Source: Callorhinchus milii
Lineage: Eukaryota
Direction: 5' to 3'
Assembly (NCBI RefSeq): GCF_018977255.1
Contig: NW_024704743.1
Location: forward strand, 48,734,001-48,798,000
DNA: 64,000 nt
Position 1 is the first letter of the stretch; each line of letters begins with the position of its first letter. A program made the position numbers and the translations under genes. Below, one piece after another: positions 36,419-48,470 of this stretch. The notes under the pieces are model-generated. The model did not search any database, was not told the origin of the DNA, and saw nothing but the letters and a program-made list of their open reading frames with translations.

Positions 36419-39400
36419 CATGTTAACAACACTCAGTAAAAACCTCAACACATTAATCACTTGAAAGTCACTTCCTTTACATTGGTACTTTACATTATTC
36501 AGAGCTTAATAAAGTGATTAAACTGTTCAGTTTATATGATTAAATAAAATGAAATCCCTAAACACTGAAGTCAAATATGCATCATTCCAAATATGCAGTT
36601 TACACTTGGACAAATGTGTCTGTTTAAAGATGGCAGGTAAGCACTAACAGCAGCACAAATATATTTTGCACTGGGTGGGTAAAAAACATGTGAAAACCTT
36701 CTTTTTGCTAATAATTTATTTTTATGGTATTCATGACCAGGACTCAATCTTAGAATGCCAACAAAAGCGCAGATAACATTGTTGGATTGATTAGTTCTCA
36801 CCAGTACAGACATTTTCAAATTGGAGGAATTTTTGTTTCCTTATCAACCAATTATTTTATGAATACTTTCACTCCTAGTTTCCTTTGATGTTATCCACTT
36901 GTATCACTGTGCACCAAGCTGGGACAGTTTAGACATGGGTAGGGCTATATCATAACAGACATATGTTTATGTTACCCTTGGTGCTTTGTTAAAAGAAATG
37001 GAATAGTAACACTAATAACATAGGTCTAGTGAGTGTTTTTTAAAGTTTATGTTTAGGAATATTATTCAGGAACAAGCTGCAAAGCAAAGCTATGTAAAGG
37101 TAATGTAAAGGGAGCTTCACTCTTCAGTATTGCCTGGAATGGGAACGACAACACTGGCAGGGTAATATTGTCCTAAGAATACATTTAATAAATCTTTGTG
37201 TTGTTCAAGTAAATAAATTAGTAAGAGCTTTTAGCTGCCAATCTAAATCTCACTCTTACTCGAAAATGTCGTAAATTCAAAAGCAGTCCTGTAGTTTGAT
37301 ACATATGACTCCAACTGACCTATTCTAAGTAATGAAATAAGTGCTATGCAATTTACCCACAGGTAAAATGAGAAGTGCTGATAGTTGGAAAATGTCCAAA
37401 CTTAATACAGAATGGAAGCAATAACAATGTTCATACCTGTAGATAATCTTTAGCAGGAAAAATACTAACAGGCATGATGTTTGAGTTCCAATGATACATT
37501 ATTATATTCTTTAGGAATGCTAAATAAAATATATAATTTGTTTTCACAACTTTTCTGAGAGGATTCTCTGTTTTCCTGAAATTTCTATTCATTTTGGTTG
37601 CTGTTACAGAAAACTGTGAAGCACTTTGAGATGTTTGAACATGATAAAGCACCATATCAATTAGTATTACTACTAACTTGTCTTAAATCATTGGAGTAGC
37701 ATACATTGTATTGTTATTTTGATTTAGTAGTAAGCTGGACACAACATACAATTAAAAAAATGTATGCCTTAATTACTTCACAAAGTACAATATTTAGGGA
37801 ATTGTCATGGAACAGATCCAATGAGCTGAGTGGCCTTCTCTTGTTCCTACTTTCCAATATATTTAACAACAATAATAATAATGTGTTTGCACATCATGAA
37901 CACAGCCAGCCAGATTCACTTCTTTCCAGCCTATCTCTCATTGGGTAGATGACCATGAAGCTGGTTTATAGGAGTGAGCTGGGAGTGTTGATCCTGGGAC
38001 ACAGCAATAAGAAGGGAAGGAAAAGGGTTCTATTTTACAATATTGAAATCTTTCCCTTCGACAACCACAAATGACAGACTCAAAAATATCAACAAAGTTG
38101 ATACATGGAAGTTAAAGGACACCGCCCCTTTTAAGTAAAATGGATATTGTTCTACTGTATCACAGAACTGAGTGCTGTCTGGTCAATTGTAGACAGAAAT
38201 TTGGAGAGTGTGCAAAATTCTCCAAATTCCAGCACTCAGAAAGGCTATAATAGCTTGAGTGTGCCTGTCATATATGCTGAAGATTGACTCCTCCATCTTT
38301 ATTACTTTTACAAAGCTGAGACAGCAATTACCATTGATTAATTGATGGCACTTAATGCATCCTCTTATCCCTCTGGCCAGAAGAGCAGTTGGGCAGACGT
38401 TGCCCACGCACTAGAGAATGACTATTCTTGGATCTCATCATCTACTGTTATGTTCCAAAACCATAAATCAAAGGTAGCTGAATCTTGGAGCTATATTTGT
38501 TAATATAAACATCCCAAAGTAGCTCAGTCAATTGAGCACTGAGAACATTCCAAGATCAAATACCAAGAACTGCATTCAGCTTTCAGAGTTGACAAAATCA
38601 GTACTATGTCTACAAAAATTCCTAGGGAAGGGAAGTAAGAAAGCAGGGTCTCCTACTGTATGATCACAACAACTTGCATTTACAAAGTGCTCTTCACATG
38701 GAGTAACGTTTTGGAGTGCTGTACCACTTTTCATGGGAAAATATGACTATATTTACTATTCTAACAGCTTTACATTTTATTTTATTTACAATAGTACAAC
38801 TAATAATAATCCTTGCATTTGATGTAGAGCTTCATCATGTTGTTGAGACATCTCAAAACGCTTCATAGAATACATTGCAAAGTGAATTGACTATATTTTG
38901 TGGGCAAAATACAGCAGTTTTTTTAAAAATTATTTAAATAAGTTTTTTTATAATTTCTGCTCCTATTGCAAACCCATAACCTTTGCTAGAAGGAGTTTGG
39001 GTAAAGACAAAGCTCAACTGTGATGACTGTCGTGGTCAAATAGCATGGTCACTCTCTGGGCTCACATCAAGAATGATTGTTTGAGGAAGGGACTGGAGGG
39101 ATGCCAGTTCCTCTGGAACCATTCACCAATGTAGGTCAACATGTTGGAGAAAACTGGAGAAAAATGGGATTGTATATTATAGAACAAGAAGCTGGAGAGT
39201 TAGTATATTCAAAATTTGCATCCAGGTATTCTCTAACAAAACAAAGGGATGGTTTATTATGTAAGGATCTCTTGAGTGACTTATTATAGCATTAATTAAA
39301 TTACAGTAACTTCCAGATTTCTAATTCAACATAATTTTCTCTGGATAGTGTTCGGGATCAGGAACTCTGCCCCCCACCCCCATACTGTGAGAAGTGAGAA

Positions 39401-40789
39401 TGGGTGCAAAAATAATTATTTTCTCAAAGATAAGTAACAGGACTCACAAAGTTTAGACCAAGGTTGAAAGGTTCACTGCTTGTTTAGCCCATCAGTGGTT
39501 GAAGTTGTGACACAATAGTGAAGAACAGTACACCTTTGATCAACTACGATTACAAAAGGCCTTCACACAAGTTGAATTAACCCCTTGCATTATTCGAGCT
39601 GTTAAATATTCAATGCGTTAAAAACACACATCAAGTTTCACAAAATGGTTAAATCTGTACTAAGGAACAGAGCATTCGTAGCTTCATTTGTAGTGTTCCT
39701 GTAAGCAGGAATGAGCAGGAAGTGGGCAATAAAGGGAAATTGAGTAGTCCTCTTATCACCAGCAAAGTAATTTGACAAGATTTAAAACTATGTCAATATT
39801 CTTGCTGTTAGTCTCTAGTTTGTATTACTGCTTACAAATGAAACATGTCACGATTTTAACCCGAAAACTATATTACCCTGCACCTGCTAAATTGCACTGT
39901 AAGGCTTACAGGAGCTCAACAATTAAAATAATTATTTATATTACATGTAGCGTTACTCGATTTCATCATTTGTTTGTTCTCATTTGTTCTTTAAGATATC
40001 TTTGGCAGAATTTTTAAAAGGAGGTTAACAGGAGCCAATCCAAGAGAAATGCACTGTTCGCGGTATCAATTTGAACAGAATTCAGGAGGAGAGTAAGGAA
40101 TCCATGAGGGCAGGTATCTGATGGTGGGAATTTGTGCAAATCATTTACAAATGATTTGTTCACTAAGGCACAAATTACACTACAATTTACATTGCTATCA
40201 CTGCAACGTGATGCATTTCCCAAGTGACTGCAAAGAGAATCTGGGTTAGGGAGGGAGTAACTGAGGGGGAAAAGCATTCAGATTAGCTTTATTTTCGAGG
40301 TCTGAGAAAAAGGAAAAAATCCCAAACAATTGCAAATGTACACTTGTGTGCAACGTCTGTGTTTCTTTTGTAGGTGCACTGCACTACGTTGTGGACCCGC
40401 TTTGCAAAAGGCCGAGAGTAAATAACACAGAAATGATTAAAGTGGCACAAAGCAGCAGCGAGAGGCAAAGGACACCAGAGAGAGAGCTACAGAGACCGGG
40501 GAGGGAGCAGCAGCGACAGGAACAGCTCCAGCAGGAGGGGGGCGAGCGTTTGCAGCAAGAGCCTGAGCAGCAGCAGGAGGGGGAGGAGGAGGTGCTGCAG
40601 CGACAGGATTGGGAGCTGTGGCGCGGAGGGTGGAGCTGCATGTGGGGGAGGAACCGCAGCGACGCAATCGCAATTAGCAGCAGAAGGAGGAGCAGAGGAG
40701 GCGCCCGGAGGCGGAGCTGCACCAGGAGGACCCCGTCATCCACGGGCAGCAGCAGCTCCGCGCAGGGGACTGCGCAGCGGCGCGCGGCG

Positions 40790-41160
40790 CCAGAGCTTGC
40801 CTATGATTGGCCGGCGGCTCGGGGCTCGGCTCATAGTCACGGGGTGGCAGGAGCCGCGGGGATTGGTCCGGCTGGAAAACGTCACAATGAGAGGCGGAGA
40901 CCCTATTAGAATAAGTGACGTCACGGACCGCCCCCTCCTCCTCCTCCTCCTCCTTCCCGGCTCCGGGACCAATAGCGAAACGAATCTCCCCTCCAATAGC
41001 GGGACAGAGAGGGGCGGAGTCTGACTGTAACCAATAGAGTCGCGGCCCCGGCGTTCTACATATTCATGAATGGGATGTCGCGGGGCCGCGGGCAGCGATA
41101 GGCTCCTTGTAACCACGTGATCGGCATCATCACCGCTGTTACCTGATCCGCGCGCTGAGC
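40790..41160. promoter_or_regulatory. CpG-island promoter-like element 1
   Basis: ATTGG at about 40806 and 40862, AACGTCAC about 40878, perfect CRE GTGACGTCAC 40915-40924, CCAAT at about 40969, 40993 and 41031, GC box GGGGCGGAGT 41011, E-box CCACGTGA 41113. Confidence 0.75.
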
Positions 41161-44100
41161 GCCAGGGGCTGACTGGCGAGACAGAGGCGGGGGGTGGGGT
41201 GGGGGGTGCGGGGGGTACAGGGGGGTATTACAGCACAGGTTCGCATTGTTTTTGACAGTTTCATTGCAAAGAGAGATTTATTCTTTGTTGATTTTTTTTT
41301 GAGACGTCTCCAGGACGTGATAAGGCGCTATACCAAGTGAAAGGATTGTGACTGTGTTACACTTCCCTCCCACTGCAATCTCTGGGTTCAGTCGGTGCAA
41401 GGACTCGCAGGGCGCAAACGAGCTGGTGGGGGGGGGGGGGGGGAGGGGGTCAATATCGTTTCCTTTTGATTGAATGCAATTATTAAATTGTTGCAATTAT
41501 TAGTTCTCGTTTAATAGGTTGGTTCTAGTCGTTGGCGTCGAAGAAAAACGAACAAATGTGACAGAAAATATGAATTCTGTTCAATCGTTTACGTGTCTGC
41601 CCTTTCGTATATTACACACCCGTTGTACATTACCAGCGGTTTCTTTTTTTAATATAAAACTACGTACCTAAATTGGTTGGGGATTTAATTTTGACATCAA
41701 TTTGTTTAAAAATCGAAAACAGTAATTTTAATATAGTAATAGCCGTTTGCACATTCAGTTAAAATATATCTACAGTTGCATTTTGGATGTGCAAGTTACC
41801 TGATCTCTTACAGTTGTTGTAGCATTGAAGGACATATTTATAATCACTCTCATGCACTTCAGGGACATACGACTGGCAGCTAATATCATATTGTCAAATA
41901 TTTTTGCTTCAGGACTTTGGTAATTTAATGTCCCAGTTTAAAAATAAGTGTATTTTACAATGCGTGCTAATAGTTTTTGACTTTTGAATAGATCAAATAA
42001 TTACTTTCTGTTTAATTGAATCCCAATTTTCTTCAAGCAAAATTAAACACAATCGAGGAGTTGTTTGAGAAATTAATCCTTAGAGGCCAAGAATGAACGG
42101 TAAATAACCAGCTATGTCCAGTCTCTGTACGTTTTAACGAATATATGTATATAAAATACATTATACAATCACAGTGATCGTGAAAAGTGTTATATAATAT
42201 GTACTGAGAACAACCACCTTCCTATTTAAGAAGGTTGCCTGTCAATTTTCAATTATCCTTGGCACAACTATATAATTATTATTAAACAACAATTCACTTT
42301 GCAACTTATTGCATCAGAAGGTGGATGGTACATATGGAAATATATCCCAACCAAACCACGTGTTAGAAGGAGGTTTGCGATAGAAATAAACAAAACTGTA
42401 AAATAAAAACGAAAAATGGTCGAAATGAAAATGAATTATTTATTATAATTTTTTCTCTCAAATTCGTCACTTCATATAATATGCTAATATAGCATGAACG
42501 ATTTTGAGCCATTTTATATGAAACACGATTGTTTTCGTGTGTTTATTGTTTACCTATGTTTATTGTGTTCATGTGTTTGTTTATTTACAGTATTCGTTGC
42601 AATATGGTCCTGGTAACATATTCCAGAATACATGCTTTATTTAACGACATTTTTAAAGAATGTACAGCAATTCAATCCAATTAGGAGAATTTAATTTGAT
42701 ACTCATCGAATCTTTTTGGATGCGGACACATTACTATAGTATCAACCGTTAACAACAAGTGCCAGAAGTATAGCACTTGTGCTTTTATTGTACTTCTACC
42801 TCTGAATGGGAAATTGGCCCACAGAATGTAAGTCTTCTTGGCACACGAGCCCTGTCCCCGTATTCAGCAAATCTTCCCCAAAATACTTCACCTACATTTA
42901 AAACAAAACCAACAAATAAAATAATAAGATGCCACAAGGTTACTATTCTGCTAACCTTTATCCCAAACCTTTAGAGAAGGTTCTGCTCATCTTAACCTTG
43001 ACCCAGCACCAAAGCTAAAGTTTCTGTTACTTCTAGACCTGAAACAAAAATATCCTTTCGCCCAATTCTAATTCCAACAAGTATTTTTTACTGTTCCAAT
43101 CCCTACATTAATACCCACTGGATAGACAAACATATATGTTATTGAACGATCAGATAAAATACGTTTGAGCCATTAGGTAATATACCGGTGCTCATACACT
43201 CTAACTCCAAATATTATTTATGATAATTATGACATCAGATATAGGAGAACATAAATACAAAATTGCACTTAGGTAACTCATGTTATAGCTCAGGTTTGAA
43301 CACTCGATTTAAAAAGAACTTACAAGAAGTATCAAACAGAATTTCAGCTGCAAAGTGCACTTCAACACATACAAATCTAGATTACTTGTGAGGATTTATT
43401 AAGTGTGAGTTTGTACTTCAAAAAGCAAAGTGACTGGAGCAGTAGCAGGAATCGTAATATACTGTACATTAGAATATAACATCTGGTGTTATTACCCTAA
43501 GGGCATTTTTAAAAAACAGTTTTGATAACCGCAAACAAGAAAGTTTTTTTTTAAAAGTCCACTTACAGTGCACTCTATATTAATGGTAGTGAAACATATC
43601 AGAAAGCAAAACAAATCGGCCAAGCGAGAGGTTAGGAACGCGGGATAAATGAGGATGCAGGTGTTTAAACTAAAGCAAACGGTCTTTGTGAATTTTACAT
43701 ATCGCATGGAAGAAAAATGACACAAACTTGTCTGGGAAAAGCCGGCTTGTTTGGGCTCGCTGTCATTCACAGTTTATAATATCCATAAAACGCTCAGATC
43801 GTTGAAGAGAGATTGTAGAGCACGACATGGTTTTGTATAACTCGTTTAATGAGCCTGAAACTCGAACATGAAAGCGTCCCCCCCAAAAAAAAAATCTTAT
43901 GCATTTGAAAGTGTGTGGCATTACATGAGATGGAGCGATCTGCTCCACACACCATTACACATAATGCGATTGCAACTTTGCAAATGGGAAAGCGAAACAG
44001 CAGATTGCAGCGCACATTTGCTCCCCCCACCCTCCACCCCCCCCCCCCCCTCGCCCAGGCTTTACATCAAACATCTGATAACCATCCTTTGCAGTTTTGA

Positions 44101-44204
44101 ATTCTCATCTTGCAAGTTTTGGTGTCGTGTTTGTTGAACAATAAACGATACTGTTAGGAAGTGATTAGCCATGGTCCTCAGAAGAAACGATGGGGGTGGG
44201 GGTG

Positions 44205-44720
44205 GGGGGTAAAATATCACCTCATTCTGCCGCCCTCCCAAAGATGAATGGAGCAAACATTAGGAGGATCGTGTTTGATTTATACCAGAGGGGCCTCGTG
44301 TATTTTGATTTGTTTGCTGGATGTAAACTTAGAGTTACTTTGATTGCAGCGACTTGACTCCCGCCGCCGCCGCCGAAGGTAAATGTTATGCCTTTCATGG
44401 AAGAGGGGGCGGGTGATGGCTTTTCTCGTTGATTTATCAATATTGCCATTGTTCCAGGTAATAAACATTAATAAAAAAGTACACCTCCACCTTCCCCTGC
44501 AGACTTGTCCCGGTCCGAAATCAATATTCCACTTCATTGCCTTCTGTAACCTAAACGCCGCCCAAGTAACTTGTACATCATTAACCTCTGGGAAGGCCAC
44601 CAGTAAACCAAGAAGCGGCAGAACAGCTAAGACGGTGTTTCAGAGTTCAGATGCAATGCAGTTGAAAGGGGTTTCATTAATCTTTCTCGCTGGTTTGTTT
44701 TCATGTTGTAAACCTTTACA
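44205..44720. promoter_or_regulatory. Candidate conserved non-coding element
   Basis: Two Pbx-Hox type TGATTTAT sites (about 44276 and 44430) and several forkhead-like motifs (TGTTTG, GTAAAC, ATAAACA). Confidence 0.4.
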
Positions 44721-44796
44721 GCACCTTTCATTTCGAGCCAGAGACGACGGCGGCGCTTGGAGTTTGGACCGCATCTCAGCCAAGTTGCAAAGAAAG

Positions 44797-44831
<35 letters not shown>

Positions 44832-47559
44832 CTTTGCATTTGATGTAGTGTCTTATCAAAGTCATGGAAACTTCTCAAGGCACTTCACAAGATCCACTGC
44901 CAAACGTAGTGTCATTTGAGGCGAACGATGCAGTCAATTTGACCCACAGCAATGATATCAAAATGTTCTACCAAAACACGCAAGAATTGCGGTTATGTTT
45001 AACTTCGGTTACTTTAAAGTGATCTTGTCTATCTGTAACATTTGGTACTCCAAAACCTTGCCTGGAGTTAGCAACACGAGGTTAAGCACTATAGAACCAC
45101 AAATGAGTGATAGGTCTCTGATGAAGAGAGATGTCATAATTCTTGGACAAGACGGTTTATCACCGGGGGATCCATCCACTCAACACTGCGATGGTGGAGA
45201 TCCGAACTGCCGAGCTCTATGTTTTTATGTGTAAACCATCAGAAACGCTTGGGGAACGTGGGGTAAACGAAAGTGTTTTGTGTGCTCTTTAAAGGCGATG
45301 TGCATTCAAACGAAACGAAAATCCGGCTTCGTTATCATTGCCGAGTCAATGTGGGGACTTCATTTGCTGCGCCCTATGATATAGTTTGTGAGCTGTCCTG
45401 TCCTGTCCTCTCAAATGTCACATCAGGGAATACGGAAAGGGCTTATGTGCTCTCTGGGAGTCAAGTGGGGGTTCAGGTCAGCGGAATGTAAAAAGTCTGC
45501 TCCTAATAATTTCATAGTAATATTTATGATTATTTATTAAATGTGCGAAACGGTCACAAAGAGGTAAAATAAATGAACATAGTCCATCTCAATGACTGCT
45601 TCCCAACGTTCATGACAGACTGATACGGATTTACCAGCGACAGATGCTACAGACGCTTGTATGTAATCCTGTATTTACATTCACTTATAGGAATGAAAGG
45701 TGCAGCAAATCGATGGGTAAGAATATAATGAGAAATGTGAGCAGTCATGGTTATGGTTATTGAGTGGGATGTAACATTGCTTTATCCATCCCTATCATTT
45801 TCCAGAACTGCGTTTCCAGGATATTATATGTAAATATTATTAATTCACAACAGGCCAACTATACAATATTAATAGGGAAATGCATTTCTCTGCAAACCCC
45901 ACGATATACATCTGCGAAAGGTCAAAAATCTCCAAAAGTCTTTCAATTACCCCTTTTCGATGTTTTGACATAATTGACTCCAATTGTCCAAATCGCTTTA
46001 CACAAGAGATGTGCAGAATGAGATGTGCCATGGGAAACATGTGTTTGTGAGATATTTGAATCACAGTAACATACATAATGGCACAGATAATCCCCTGTCA
46101 AGCACGTCCTCCCACAATTTAACTTTCCTTCAACAGTGGCATGGTTACAATTTAGATTAAAATCGCATCGTGGTACCTTGAAGGCGGAAGAGATCGAAAA
46201 AATAAATTCTGATTGAACAGCACATTGGGCAATTGCAGTTCATAAGAGGGACAATAATTTACAACCACCCCAGTCACCATTTGAGTACCATCAAACCAGA
46301 CAGTGTCTGCGGCATAGAGTGCTTGAACAGTGCACTGTCCTTCCCTCTGTCCTGTTGGGGCGGTTCATACCTATCGTGTGTTGCTCTGTAGCTGTGGTTG
46401 GCAGAAGGAGTTAAAGAACGAGATAGGAAATCATCAAAGAACAACCGAGAGCACTTATAATACACAGTCCCTGTGCGAGACTCGTCCCCTTCAGCGACGA
46501 TGGCACTGACTGTACCTTTCATCCCACCGCTTGCTGGATTGGGGCACTGCCTCTGTGGGGCCTGACATGCCTCCGATTGCATAAAGGATTGTGCTGCATA
46601 TAGCACAGGGCATTTATAAGTCAACCAAATACATCTGCCACTGTCAAACAAAACAAAACAAAACAGATGTCTGGGGATTGCTCGGAATTGTTATTACGAA
46701 TTACAGTATCCGCAAATGTACATTTCAAGTACAGTGCGAGTGGCCTCCGCACAGAGGAGACCTGCAAGTAATTGGTGAATCCTCGATGATCTCATCAGCG
46801 AGTGACCCGACGCTCTTTGAGATGTGGGAAACGTTACTCAGAGCCGAGAATCCGGACCTGGGAGGAGGACGCGGGACTGGACCGTGTGGTCCTCGGGTTG
46901 GGATTGAAACCAATGCTTTTGTGCGCGATCGCCTCCAACTCTGTGATTGACACGAAGCCACAGAGAGAGAGAGAGAGAGACAGAGAGGGAGTTGCATTGG
47001 TTTCCGCTGCATCTGCCTCGACAACATCTGCGGAGCTTTGCTGCTGGGAATCCACCCGGAGACCTGCTAACTGATACGAAGGGCAAACAGCGCCGCGCGT
47101 CTGTCTCTTGTTTGATATGGGCATTTGTTTCTGGAGGCGGTGCTTTGGGGGAAAATCCTGGATTGCAAAAACCTGGCGGGAGTTCAAGAGTCCCTGTCAG
47201 CCGCACTCCGCCCGGACCCCGCAGTGCACCACCGCAAAAAACACATTTCTTTAAAAAAAAGCTAAGAACAGGATGTGATTCGAGATGTTGCCACTGGTCA
47301 AAAAGCAATCGTTATCGCATCGTATTGTATCGTCAGTCTCTCTCTCGGCGTAACACAAAGGGAGACAATTAATTTGGCAAATACCCCACTGACAGTTTGA
47401 AATCGGACCCCCCGCCGATATATATATATATATATATATACACCGCTTATATACCAGACGAGTTGCGGCTTTTAAGCACTTCACTGCAGTAAAGCTCTGG
47501 GGGTTTGGTTCAGTTGCCGGTGGCCGTGATCGCTGCCGCTGACAGACGGCTGTGAGTGA

Positions 47560-47990
47560 GTGAGTGAGTGAGTGTGTGAGTGAGGACCGGGGGTTCCCCT
47601 CAGGCCTCTGCGACGTCACAGAGCGCGCTCGCGGCCGCCGGGAAACCCCCCTCTCCTCTCCCCCCTCTCCCCCCCCCCCCACACACACACCCCGAGATCA
47701 CGTGCTCGCCCCGGGACCGCCCATCCATTCATCACCACTGCCGCGTCATTCAGGACAGCCAACCAATCACCGGCGGTCGCGTCACGCCCGCCATCTGATT
47801 GGATGTCCGCTTCGACGCGTCGCTGCGTTCCGGGGACCAATGGGGAGGGGGCAGAGTGGGGGGGGGGGGGGGGAGCCTCGATGCGGATGTAAGGGGGCGG
47901 AGTTTCGCTCCCCGGAGCGCGGCAGCGCCGCTCAGTGGCCGCGGCGGAGGCTGCAGACGCCAGACCGCGGGTAACAAGTCGAGTCAGTGA
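47560..47990. promoter_or_regulatory. CpG-island promoter-like element 2
   Basis: CRE-like GACGTCAC about 47612, E-box TCACGTG about 47698, half-CREs CGTCA about 47744 and 47779, CCAAT about 47763 and 47837, ATTGG about 47798, GC box GGGGCGGAG about 47894; candidate donor CGG|GTAACA about 47971. Confidence 0.75.
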
Positions 47991-48347
47991 GACTCCCAAC
48001 CAGCAAAGTCTTATCACGGCCAAAATACGTGCGAGACCGACCCCCCCCCGCCCGACCCCCCCCCACCCCGCCCCCCCACCCCCCCCCACCCAAAAAAAAA
48101 AATGCAAAAACTTTTTTTGGTTTGCAAGTTCAGGCAGAAAATACATTTTTTAAAAAAAAAACACACACAGCCGGTTTGAAACGCGCCGGAAAATAAAGAA
48201 AGTGGGTCCGAAATCCGTGCGGCCAAAGAGTGCAAAGAGTGCATCAGGGACTGAACCTGGAACTTATTATTGCACTTCTTTTGCAGATTTTCCTTTAGCT
48301 CCAACATTGACAGTAGAAATGTGTAGTTTGTAGCATAATATGATGCG

Positions 48348-48430
48348 ACTACCACTACTACTACTAATGATAATAATTCTTATTAATATTATCAATTAAT
48401 TAATATCATAATAATTCTTATTATTCTTAT

Positions 48431-48463
<33 letters not shown>

Positions 48464-48470
48464 GCTATTA
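48348..48470. repeat. (CTA)n/(TAT)n simple repeat
   Basis: Visible trinucleotide runs. Confidence 0.9.

Noticed and set aside
46490..46615. ILYAIGG Kelch-like peptide in a short minus-strand frame
   Set aside because: It is a single motif in a frame of about 40 codons with no other Kelch repeats; likely chance.
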